Program-made: the position numbers and the translations under genes
The notes under the pieces: model-generated
Seen by the model: the letters and a program-made list of their open reading frames with translations, nothing else
What the model was told of the DNA's origin: nothing
Database searches by the model: none
Shown here: positions 1-7,666 of the stretch, one piece after another
How the letters are laid out: each line of letters starts with the position of its first letter
How positions within the stretch are numbered: the stretch's first letter is position 1
Assembly: GCA_011364925.1 (NCBI GenBank)
Contig: RDOA01000068.1
Location: 1-13,453, forward strand
Source: Promethearchaeota archaeon
GTDB taxonomy: Archaea > Asgardarchaeota > Lokiarchaeia > Sigyniarchaeales > SOKP01
Length of the DNA: 13,453 nt
Direction of reading: 5' to 3'

Positions 1-120
1 ATAGTGATTATAGTGGTTTCCAAACGACAAATTATGGATTGGAAATCGGGAATTTTATTCATATCGATTTACTTACTAGGATTTCCCATTCTCCTTTCTA
101 GTTTTTATTTTTACTTCTGA
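1..120 (+). CDS. 3' end of a membrane protein (partial), possibly a CaCA/Na-Ca exchanger-like C-terminus
   Basis: Frame 1 is open from the window edge to TGA at 118-120: IVIIVVSKRQIMDWKSGILFISIYLLGFPILLSSFYFYF*. The pattern is hydrophobic, then a basic loop, then hydrophobic. The segment 'WKSGILFISIY' loosely resembles the last helix of CaCA antiporters, but this family call is weak. Confidence 0.5.
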   Translation: MVIIVVSKRQIMDWKSGILFISIYLLGFPILLSSFYFYF

Positions 121-260
121 ATAGAATTAATGGTAACCAGCTAGATCATGGGTAAGACTCGAAACATCTCCAAGGTATTAAGGTTATAATTAGTCATAAC
201 CCCATTGAGAAAGAGATTAAAAAGAAATGTGAATATTTTTTCGAAAAAGAAATAAACAAA

Positions 261-581
261 TTAGTGTTTATTTAAATCTACTTCAGCTTTTACTTTAGAA
301 ATTAACGAATTGAAATGTTTGATCTCTTCTTCGGTTAATTTATTTTTTACGTTAGAAATTAACGATTTGACTTGTTCTATCCCTTCTTCGGTTAATGGCT
401 TTACTTCACTCCATTTATTTGTATATGGAGATTTGGAATAGACCTTTCTACTTTTCTTGATTGTTTTTTGGTCTATGAGTTTAAAGGCATTCTCTCTATT
501 AATAATTATAAACCTGTGATACTTCTTAGTAAAAATGTTAAAATAGGTAAATTTTTCAGACATATCAATAAATACTTTCAT
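261..581 (-). CDS. hypothetical basic protein with a C-terminal tandem 19-aa repeat
   Basis: ORF track gives 261..590 with a GTG start. The ATG at 581 is preceded by SD-like AGGATGTGA, so it is the more likely start. No family recognised. Confidence 0.6.
   Translation of the reverse strand: MKVFIDMSEKFTYFNIFTKKYHRFIIINRENAFKLIDQKTIKKSRKVYSKSPYTNKWSEVKPLTEEGIEQVKSLISNVKNKLTEEEIKHFNSLISKVKAEVDLNKH
288..401 (-). repeat. 57-bp-period tandem duplication inside the CDS (2 copies)
   Basis: 288-339 and 345-396 match at 45 of 52 nt by manual alignment. They encode LTEEGIEQVKSLISNVK and LTEEEIKHFNSLISKVK. Confidence 0.9.
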
Positions 582-612
582 TATAATCACATCCTAAAAA
601 ATAAAAAAATTA

Positions 613-1005
613 TTATAACCTTTCTGGAACGCTTTTCGGAACATTAAATATTATCCTTATATCTTTCTTAATTTTTTCTAAATTAGAAAAGTCATTCATA
701 TAATCCATTGCTTCTATAATTTTTCCTTCCATACTTAGTTCGAAATGTTTTTTCAGCATTATAACACTACTCAGGTTTATAATACAATATGTTATGTTTA
801 GCTCATCGTTTTCCTTTAAAACCCTTTCTAAATTAGCTTCCCATTCTTCTTTCCGTTCCAAATAAAAATCTAGTAGTTCCTGAAAGCGTTTTTTCCTTAT
901 TTCATTACTCTCTTTCTTTTCTTCAGGAACATCTCTTGCTTGAAGATGTTTAAGAAAATAATCTTGCTTATCTTCTTCTTTTTTTTCTTTTTTCAATTCA
1001 CTCAC
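613..1005 (-). CDS. hypothetical charged, helical protein (130 aa)
   Basis: ORF track. The GTG start is preceded by purine-rich GGAAGGAA and overlaps the stop of the upstream small ORF (GTGAGTGA). Confidence 0.7.
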   Translation of the reverse strand: MSELKKEKKEEDKQDYFLKHLQARDVPEEKKESNEIRKKRFQELLDFYLERKEEWEANLERVLKENDELNITYCIINLSSVIMLKKHFELSMEGKIIEAMDYMNDFSNLEKIKKDIRIIFNVPKSVPERL

Positions 1006-1123
1006 TTCCTTCCATAAATTTTTTTAATTCTTCAATCTTTTCTGCGAATCTTAACTTCTCGATTTCAATTTTATTTTGATTGTAAGTTTCAGTAGCGAAT
1101 TTTCCTAAAGAAGTTCCTAACAT
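998..1123 (-). CDS. small hypothetical protein, 41 aa (not in ORF track)
   Basis: Manual translation: MLGTSLGKFATETYNQNKIEIEKLRFAEKIEELKKFMEGSE*. Composition is E/K-rich and helical, and its stop overlaps the next start by 8 nt. Confidence 0.55.
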   Translation of the reverse strand: MLGTSLGKFATETYNQNKIEIEKLRFAEKIEELKKFMEGSE

Positions 1124-1219
1124 TTCGTTCCAATACTAAATATCATATTAGACCGTCCGTCTGTTCTTTTAACTTTATTTTTTTGTGGTATCTATATGTT
1201 TATAAGTTGACAAAAAAAT

Positions 1220-1924
1220 ATGATCAACAGAGATGTAGTAACTATGGTAATAAAGGCTAAAATATTCTTGTATTTAGCTCTTGGATGTTCTTTAATCGGT
1301 TTAATATTCCCTACTCATATAAGTCAAGCTATAGGTTTTGATATAGGGGACATGATTCATTGGGTTTATGGGTTTTACATTCTTATACCTCGTAATCCCA
1401 TTGGAAACCCTAGGTTTTACCTCAGTTTAGATGTTCAGGGACTAATATTATTAACTAGTGCGATTCTTCTTATAATTATAATTTTCGTTCAGTTGCGTAA
1501 GGTAAATCGTGGTAAGCAATACGATAAAAATCTAATTTATATTTATGCCATTGTCCAAATAATAGCTTACTCATTTCATTCGTTTACTGAGTTTATAGTG
1601 GTGCCCTTATCTTCTTGGGCGTTTTTATTAGGCGCAATCTTTGCGATAATAGGGAATAGGGAACTTAAAATCGCCTACATTGACAACAATAATGTGAATG
1701 CGAGGAGAGAAAGAATACTTGGAATTGTTTTAGTCGCCTTAGCTTCGAGTGCTTTAATATATACGAATGTTATGTTTTTAATTTTTGGTCTTCCATACGG
1801 TTTGAATCTTTTTTCTTTTCTGTTCGCCTTTACGATAATCCCAGGTCTCATTTTACAATTAATAATATTATTTTATGGAATTTTTTCAATAAGAAGAGCT
1901 AAATTGCAATCCAACTTAGAATAG
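1220..1924 (+). CDS. hypothetical polytopic membrane protein (about 6-7 TM)
   Basis: Multiple hydrophobic segments separated by basic loops. TATA-like TTTATAAG at about 1199-1206 suggests the true start could be the ATG at 1244. Confidence 0.8.
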   Translation: MINRDVVTMVIKAKIFLYLALGCSLIGLIFPTHISQAIGFDIGDMIHWVYGFYILIPRNPIGNPRFYLSLDVQGLILLTSAILLIIIIFVQLRKVNRGKQYDKNLIYIYAIVQIIAYSFHSFTEFIVVPLSSWAFLLGAIFAIIGNRELKIAYIDNNNVNARRERILGIVLVALASSALIYTNVMFLIFGLPYGLNLFSFLFAFTIIPGLILQLIILFYGIFSIRRAKLQSNLE

Positions 1925-2024
1925 TTTTTCTTACGCATCTCTTTTCCTTTTAAATCTCTCTACTATCAGAGTTACTACTGTAGCTCTTTAGAAAATTTTT
2001 CTTCTACTATAAAATGATCGTTCC

Positions 2025-2879
2025 TTACCGTTTGATTTTCTTAAAACATAGAGCTACTGCTCCAATTATAACCCCTATACCAATAATCCGAATAAAAGTA
2101 ATAAAAATTAAAGGATCAGGTGCGCCAGATGGAACTCCCAGATATGAAATCCCTACGAGATTGATGTTAATTATCTCATTATCCCACATCCATGCATAGC
2201 TTTTTCCATCTTCGAATTCTGAGGAGATACTTTGATTAGCAGCGAAAAAATGATCTGGTTGCCTTCCGTGAACTTTAAATTCTACAGATTCGGAAATATT
2301 ACCATTCCATACTCTGGAGGTACCTACATCATAAATAATGTCATAATTTGAATATCCAATATCGCTATAAATCCCATAAGTTAGTGTATTGAAATTCAGT
2401 TCTACGTTTAGCGAATCATTTGGAGGAAAAGGTATATTACATACAATGATAGATCTGGGATAATCATCGCTTAAGGTGTCTAAATACTCGGTCCACATAT
2501 CAGAATTACTCTCAAAAAATTCAATGTAACCAGGATTTATTGGATTCCCATCAACTTCAAGCGATAGATTGGCAAAGTATGGGCTAAAAAAAGGAAACGC
2601 TATTGGAATCTCTGTTAAATTATTAGGATTGTAGATTGTATAATTTCCTTCAAAATTCCATTTGAGATTCTTTGGAAAATCAGTAGCGTCAATTTCAAGT
2701 AGAACATCGGCTGTTGTTAAAGAAAGAGACACATTTTGCATAGGGAGAAATCCCCCAATTATTCTTACGGGTGCTGGGTTAGCAGTAGTGTTTATTACAG
2801 CATAGTCTTGAAATTGGATAAATATCAAAGTAAGTAAAATGATGGTGATAGAAAATGATTTCTTCCTACAAAACATCAC
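2025..2879 (-). CDS. secreted, C-terminally anchored surface glycoprotein, DUF4424-like
   Basis: N-terminal signal-like segment ending in TTA-NP. Beta-rich body with 'YDVGTSRVWNGNI', which resembles the DUF4424 Y..TG..W.G.I motif. Eight N-X-S/T sequons (NTT, NVS, NYT, NLT, NLS, NDS, NIS, NQS). C-terminal TM helix followed by KKIKR. Confidence 0.75.
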   Translation of the reverse strand: MMFCRKKSFSITIILLTLIFIQFQDYAVINTTANPAPVRIIGGFLPMQNVSLSLTTADVLLEIDATDFPKNLKWNFEGNYTIYNPNNLTEIPIAFPFFSPYFANLSLEVDGNPINPGYIEFFESNSDMWTEYLDTLSDDYPRSIIVCNIPFPPNDSLNVELNFNTLTYGIYSDIGYSNYDIIYDVGTSRVWNGNISESVEFKVHGRQPDHFFAANQSISSEFEDGKSYAWMWDNEIININLVGISYLGVPSGAPDPLIFITFIRIIGIGVIIGAVALCFKKIKR

Positions 2880-3113
2880 ATTAAGCTAACTATTGTTTTA
2901 TCAAAAAAGTATTAATTAAAATACAAGCGATGTCCTCTTTTAATTCTTATATTTTTCTAGGCTATTATTTGCAATTCCCAAACTATATTTCACACAAATT
3001 AACTGATCTTTAGTTCTAAAACTAAACATGTAATCTAAATTCGGAAAATAAGATAACTTGTACAAATTTATATACTATGATTAATTGCTAATCTATAAAA
3101 GCAACTCAGTTGT

Positions 3114-3542
3114 ATGATGTTTTCTAAGGAGAAAGTTCAAGATTTGATAGATAAACTGATAGACGAGACTGGTAATGCTTCTAAGGATAACACGATTATA
3201 AAGAAGATAGAAGAAATGTTAAATTTCTTGAGAGAAAAGGAAGTTCGGGAAGAGATTGAGCGAAGATGGGAAGAATTAGAAAAGCAAGAGTCTCAAACTT
3301 ATATTTCAGATGTTCACGAATACACTGAAAGTATAGGATCGCTGAAAATTGAATCAATTAAAAAAACTCAAAATGGTTTAGAACTGTCCTTTTCGGGCAA
3401 AGCAGGTGGATTAACGGAATTTGGAACAGAATTAACTTATAACATAGCGGGAATTCTCACGTTAGGAAAAAATGGAACATTAGGAAATGTTAAGTGGACA
3501 AAAAGAGAACTCATAGAAACGAAGTCTTTTGGAATGGACTAA
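3114..3542 (+). CDS. hypothetical protein (helical N-half, beta-rich C-half)
   Basis: 142-aa ORF with typical coding composition. TATA-like TTTATATA at about 3067-3074. Confidence 0.75.
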   Translation: MMFSKEKVQDLIDKLIDETGNASKDNTIIKKIEEMLNFLREKEVREEIERRWEELEKQESQTYISDVHEYTESIGSLKIESIKKTQNGLELSFSGKAGGLTEFGTELTYNIAGILTLGKNGTLGNVKWTKRELIETKSFGMD

Positions 3543-3760
3543 AATTAGTTCGAATCAGCATCTTCATCCAAGTTTTCACAAATCTCTCTTTCAACAACTT
3601 CTTTGTCGTATTCAATATCTTCTAAAAGATTGCGCGTTTTATGAGGTATTACTTTTTTCTTTTCGATTTTATCAATACATTCTTTTATTTCCTTATTATC
3701 AGCTATTTATACCACCTTTTTCTTTTAATAGAGCTTAAAACTAACTCTTACAGTCAGTTT

Positions 3761-3779
3761 AAAAAAAAAATAAAAAAAA
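3761..3779 (-). terminator. oligo-T tract after Hsp20 (archaeal-type terminator)
   Basis: An A-run on the + strand reads as a T-run on the - strand directly after the Hsp20 stop. Confidence 0.5.
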
Positions 3780-4133
3780 TTATTCGATTTTTACATCTAT
3801 AGTGTGCATTTTAATCTCCTGATAGGGCACAGTAATCTTCAACAAACCTTCTTTGTACGAAGTCTTAGCTTTTTCAGGTTCTACAGGACAACATAAACTA
3901 TAGAATCCTGAATACCTAACGGTCTCAGTCTCTCCCGTAATATAGATATATTCGCTATCCATTCTTAATTTAATCGTATCCTTATCGACACCTGGTAAAT
4001 AAACTTCAATATCGAAACCAGTGCTATCTTCACTTTCTACAGCGCACATTTGAGGGTAAGCAAGTAATTTCGAAGGTTTCTCTTTTACTGGCTCTATGTC
4101 TGAAGATTCTTTTTTTTCTTCTATTTCAGACAC
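3780..4133 (-). CDS. hsp20: small heat-shock protein, Hsp20/alpha-crystallin family
   Basis: Motifs 'IEVYLPGVDKDTIKL' and 'PVEPEKAKTSYKEGLLKITVP', plus a C-terminal V-K-I (IXI-type) motif. SD-like AGGTG at 4141-4145 precedes the GTG start. Confidence 0.92.
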   Translation of the reverse strand: MSEIEEKKESSDIEPVKEKPSKLLAYPQMCAVESEDSTGFDIEVYLPGVDKDTIKLRMDSEYIYITGETETVRYSGFYSLCCPVEPEKAKTSYKEGLLKITVPYQEIKMHTIDVKIE

Positions 4134-4317
4134 TTTTTTACACCTTTAAATGGAATTCAGTTCTATTACCATCAAATAGAAATTATGAAATTTATATGTC
4201 ACCTTGAAATTCGGTAAAGATACCAAGATATTAATCAATTAGAATTAAGCATAACTCATAGGAAAATTATAAAATATAAATTTAAATTTTTAAATGGTGT
4301 TTTTGGGCATTAGGTAT

Positions 4318-4524
4318 CTATAAAAATTCGGTTCTCATTATTTCTTTATATTCAGGAGCTCTTGCTTCAAATGGTATGTGCTCTTCTCCAGTATATATAT
4401 CGAGAAGATCGACCTTGTGAAAAAAGTCTGTAAACGGAGTAATTAGCTCAGAGTAATCGAATTCATCATCTATGATCTTTTCGTCTAAAATTTGGGATTT
4501 TTTTTCTATAATTTCTAAACTCAT
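4318..4524 (-). CDS. small acidic hypothetical protein (68 aa from the ATG at 4524)
   Basis: ORF track gives 4318..4533. The ATG at 4524 lies about 25-30 nt downstream of TATA-like TATATTTAAAAA, consistent with a leaderless transcript. Confidence 0.65.
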   Translation of the reverse strand: MSLEIIEKKSQILDEKIIDDEFDYSELITPFTDFFHKVDLLDIYTGEEHIPFEARAPEYKEIMRTEFL

Positions 4525-4627
4525 ATCGATCAAGACAGAGAACTTTTTAAATATAGAAAAAAATCAAAGAGAAATAAATGAAGACTCTCGACAAATTTAG
4601 TAATAAAAGTGGAAATGAGGATTAAAA

Positions 4628-5173
4628 CTAATCAGGCATATAATAGTAAAACGACCTAAAGATTGATAAAAATAAAAAACCAAAGAAAGCTATCCAACAT
4701 ACTATACCAATAATACCGAGAACGAAACCTGCTGTAGCCATTCTTCTATCATCGTCTTTCTTTCTTCCAATAGCACCAAAAACTATACCTATTATTGATG
4801 CAACAATCGCAAATTGCCCAAATAATCCTGAGAATCCAAAGATTCCTACGAAAAAGCCAAAGAAGATACCTAAGGTTGATCCCCCGATTACTAGTGCCCC
4901 TAATAGTCCTAATAATCCAAAAATTAAGGCGATTATACCATTTGTGTTTGTATTTCGCGGATAATTACCGATAGGTTGAGGGGCAGGTTTAGGAGGGGAA
5001 TAAGTTTGCTGAGGAGGTTTTGGGGGAGAATAGGTTTGCTGAGGAGGTGGAGTTTGGATAGGTTGTTTTTGAGGTACTCGTTCTGGGTTAAGAATATTAC
5101 CACAATTCGGGCACACATTCCACGAAGCTATGAGTTTATGGCCACATTGAGAGCAAAAATTCACGGGACTCAT
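4628..5173 (-). CDS. zinc-ribbon + Pro/Gln-rich linker + DUF4190-like membrane domain protein
   Basis: N-terminal CSQC-x10-CPNC, a proline-rich linker, and Gly-rich TM segments with 'IVFGAIGRKK' and 'MATAGFVLGIIG', which are typical of DUF4190. Confidence 0.85.
   Translation of the reverse strand: MSPVNFCSQCGHKLIASWNVCPNCGNILNPERVPQKQPIQTPPPQQTYSPPKPPQQTYSPPKPAPQPIGNYPRNTNTNGIIALIFGLLGLLGALVIGGSTLGIFFGFFVGIFGFSGLFGQFAIVASIIGIVFGAIGRKKDDDRRMATAGFVLGIIGIVCWIAFFGFLFLSIFRSFYYYMPD
4985..5044 (-). repeat. 30-bp tandem repeat encoding (PPQQTYSPPK)x2
   Basis: 4985-5014 and 5015-5044 match at 26 of 30 nt. All four differences are synonymous. Confidence 0.9.
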
Positions 5174-5369
5174 TTTTTTATGTCCACTTCTCGATTTCTA
5201 ATTCCTATGTTATTGTATCAAGATCGCATATAAAAAGTTATGTGCTTAAAAACGGAAGTGTTATTGCATCTTTGTAATCTCTTATTCTACCAATTAAACA
5301 AATCGAGCACATAATTGGAGAAGAAAATTAATTATCAAATAAAAAAAAGAAATCAACACGCAGTTTGTA

Positions 5370-5378
5370 TTTATAAAA
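5370..5378 (+). promoter_or_regulatory. TATA box of the small zinc-finger gene
   Basis: TTTATAAAA centred about 27 nt upstream of the ATG at 5401. Confidence 0.55.
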
Positions 5379-5400
5379 GAATCGTGATTATTCCATCTTT

Positions 5401-5571
5401 ATGAGTGATCTAAAAGAAAAATCGTACGAGAACCTGATTCCTAATTATTTCTATAGAAAAAGAGAGTGCTATAGCTGTGATTTGAAGCATCATAGGTTAT
5501 TTTTGGAAGAGTCCCCTAATTTCGTAGAATTATTTTGTAAAGATTGTAAAGATAAGTTTATAATAGAATAA
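5401..5571 (+). CDS. small zinc-finger protein, 56 aa, CxxC-x19-CxxC (not in ORF track)
   Basis: Manual translation: MSDLKEKSYENLIPNYFYRKRECYSCDLKHHRLFLEESPNFVELFCKDCKDKFIIE*. It has two CxxC motifs and a correctly spaced TATA box. Confidence 0.75.
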   Translation: MSDLKEKSYENLIPNYFYRKRECYSCDLKHHRLFLEESPNFVELFCKDCKDKFIIE

Positions 5572-5638
5572 TATAGGAAAAAAGATAAACAGATAAAAAA
5601 AAGAGTTATTTAATTTAATTTATTTTTTAGGAGATGCA

Positions 5639-6310
5639 TCATACTTCTCTTAGTATTGAGGGGATAACATTCCCAAAATTCATAGTATTAACTAATCCTT
5701 CATTCTCATCTGAAGGTTTTACTATATTCACTATAGCAATATCCGCTCCGTTGAAATAAGCCTTTCTAACTGAATTTTGATCTAAACCGCCAGCAACAGA
5801 AATTAGGACTCCGTACTTTGAGCGTACTTTATTAATGTCCTTATATCGAATAATGCTCCTCGGATTAGCCTCTTCGTCTCTACCCTTATGAATCACCACA
5901 GCTTTCGGTTTAAATCGTAAAGGCTGTAATTTTCCTAACGGATTTTCTTGCCCAAGCATATCAATCATTGATAAAACACCGAACTGATCGCAAACTTGGT
6001 TAAAAAAATCCAGAGTTTCAGCTGGAGCAGTTCCAGCAGCTGTTATTGCATTAGCTCCTGCAGAGTGAGCAAATTGGACTTCCTCGCGAGCTCCGTCTGT
6101 CACTTTTAAATCAGCGACGACTAAGCCACGCCAAAGTCTCCTAATCAACCTAATTCCTCCTAATCCTTCCCTCTTAATGTAAGGCGTGCCTGCTTCAATA
6201 ATTATCCGGGAATCGTAAGGTATCCTTGGTAAGATATTTACAACATCTGCCGCTGTGTGGTTAAATGCGATTTGAACGTATCTTTGATTCTCTATAAAGG
6301 TTCTACTCAT
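5639..6310 (-). CDS. OMPDC/HPS (3-hexulose-6-phosphate synthase-like) TIM-barrel protein, atypical
   Basis: Motifs YVQIAFN, IIEAGTPYIK, VVADLKVTD, IDMLG, HKGRDEE, VAGGL and GADIAIV match the HPS domain of archaeal Fae-Hps. SD-like GGGGGT lies in the 15-nt gap after the SPFH gene. Confidence 0.85.
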   Translation of the reverse strand: MSRTFIENQRYVQIAFNHTAADVVNILPRIPYDSRIIIEAGTPYIKREGLGGIRLIRRLWRGLVVADLKVTDGAREEVQFAHSAGANAITAAGTAPAETLDFFNQVCDQFGVLSMIDMLGQENPLGKLQPLRFKPKAVVIHKGRDEEANPRSIIRYKDINKVRSKYGVLISVAGGLDQNSVRKAYFNGADIAIVNIVKPSDENEGLVNTMNFGNVIPSILREV

Positions 6311-6325
6311 TCATGAACCCCCCAA

Positions 6326-7102
6326 TTACGTAAATTTCTTAAGAATATTACCAATTTCAGATGGCATGAAAATCACAATCTTTTCTGACGGATCTTGAGA
6401 AATGTCTCTTATTGTCTGCAGCGTTCTAAGCTGTATTGCACCCGATTGACTTGCCATAGTATTAGCAGCTTCCGCGAGATTTTTGGCAGCAGCAAGCTCT
6501 CCTTCACTTGCAATGATAGCAGCTCTTTTTTCTCGCTCTGCTTCTGCTTGTTTTGCCATAGCTCTTTTCATTTCAGCGGGTAATTCTATTTCTTGTATTT
6601 TAATACTTTTAATATCTATACCCCATTCGTTAGTTTCTTGATCTACAATTGCTCGAATATCAGCGGCAATTTTATCACGCTCAGTTAATACACTATCAAG
6701 CTCCATATTACCGACGACATCCCTTAGAGCAGCTTGAGTATACTGCTGAACAGCAAATGCGTAATTCTCGATTTTAATAACTGCGTCAGATGGTTTTTCA
6801 ACTTTATAGTAAACAACTGTATTTGCTAAAACAGGTATGTTATCCCTCGTAATGACTTCTTGACGAGGAATATCAGCAGTTACGATTCTTAAATCCACTT
6901 TTTTTGCCTTTTCAAAAATTGGAAGGACATATACTACTCCTGGACCTATTGTACGTTTGTACTTACCCAATCTAAAGATTATAAGGCGTTCATACTCTAA
7001 AATAACTTTAATCCCAGCAAGTAAGAAACATGTAAAAAAAATCAAGACGACGACGACAATAGGTATTATTACAAATAATGGATTAAATCCTTGAAATATC
7101 AT
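6326..7102 (-). CDS. SPFH/band 7 stomatin-like (slipin) membrane protein
   Basis: N-terminal TM followed by 'EYERLIIFRLG', 'GPG', 'VDLR', 'QEVITRDN', 'WGI' and 'MAKQAEAEREKRA', ending in 'QLRTLQTI'. SD-like GAGGATGA upstream. Confidence 0.95.
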   Translation of the reverse strand: MIFQGFNPLFVIIPIVVVVLIFFTCFLLAGIKVILEYERLIIFRLGKYKRTIGPGVVYVLPIFEKAKKVDLRIVTADIPRQEVITRDNIPVLANTVVYYKVEKPSDAVIKIENYAFAVQQYTQAALRDVVGNMELDSVLTERDKIAADIRAIVDQETNEWGIDIKSIKIQEIELPAEMKRAMAKQAEAEREKRAAIIASEGELAAAKNLAEAANTMASQSGAIQLRTLQTIRDISQDPSEKIVIFMPSEIGNILKKFT

Positions 7103-7327
7103 ATTTCATCCTCTATTTTAAATTGTAAAGTTATGCTATATATAGAAAGATGGGATATTTAAATGTATTCGCTAAGAACTGTGAAATTGGGAGACATATA
7201 GAGCCCTTTTTATATTTTAGTTTGGATATATTATTTTACTCCTAAGAAAAAGGAGTTTAACCATAACTTTTTTAAGGTGAATTTTGTAGTATATCTTAGA
7301 AAGTAAATTATTCTGAGTAAAATAGAT

Positions 7328-7648
7328 ATGCTGGATGGTTTATTCCCTTTTGATATTTTTAGTTTCATAAATGGAATAATTATTTTAGTTTTTATTATTG
7401 CAATCGTTTTTTTTATAATTGTCATTCTAATTGTTTATAAGCTTCTTCATACGAATGTTGATAATGTCAAGAAGAGGTCTAAAAAAGCCCCTAAAGTTCC
7501 TGCTGAAAGTGTTGATCTTCCTCAAAAAGAATTAAAAAAAGATAATTCAATCTCAGTCAATAACATTACTAAGTGTAAATATTGCGGTCAAGAAGTCGAA
7601 GAAAATACAGTTTTTTGTCAATATTGCGGTTCAGACTTAACCCTTTAG
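7328..7648 (+). CDS. single-TM protein with a C-terminal zinc ribbon
   Basis: Long hydrophobic N-terminal helix, a Lys-rich linker, and CKYCG-x9-CQYCG at the C-terminus. Confidence 0.85.
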   Translation: MLDGLFPFDIFSFINGIIILVFIIAIVFFIIVILIVYKLLHTNVDNVKKRSKKAPKVPAESVDLPQKELKKDNSISVNNITKCKYCGQEVEENTVFCQYCGSDLTL

Positions 7649-7666
7649 CTTCATTATTAGATTATA

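Noticed and set aside
156-275. Start-less open stretch DSKHLQGIKVIISHNPIEKEIKKKCEYFFEKEINKLVFI on the + strand
   Set aside because: It has no start codon after the upstream stop, is short, and shows no recognisable similarity, so a pseudogene call cannot be supported.
288-401. Repeat pair as a DGR template/variable region
   Set aside because: The copies are tandem and in frame. The mismatched adenines are split between both copies, one mismatch is G/T, and no reverse transcriptase is present.
3529-3738. 69-aa ORF overlapping the end of the 142-aa gene
   Set aside because: F/L/Q/Y-biased translation of T-rich intergenic DNA with no motif; probably spurious.
4985-5044. CRISPR array or RNA polymerase CTD-like heptads
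   Set aside because: Only two adjacent in-frame units with no spacers, and the period is 10 aa rather than YSPTSPS.
5639-6310. Annotation as pyrF or hxlA
   Set aside because: The EAGTP and HxGxD motifs point to the HPS branch rather than OMPDC, and altered substrate motifs make the canonical HPS symbol unsafe.
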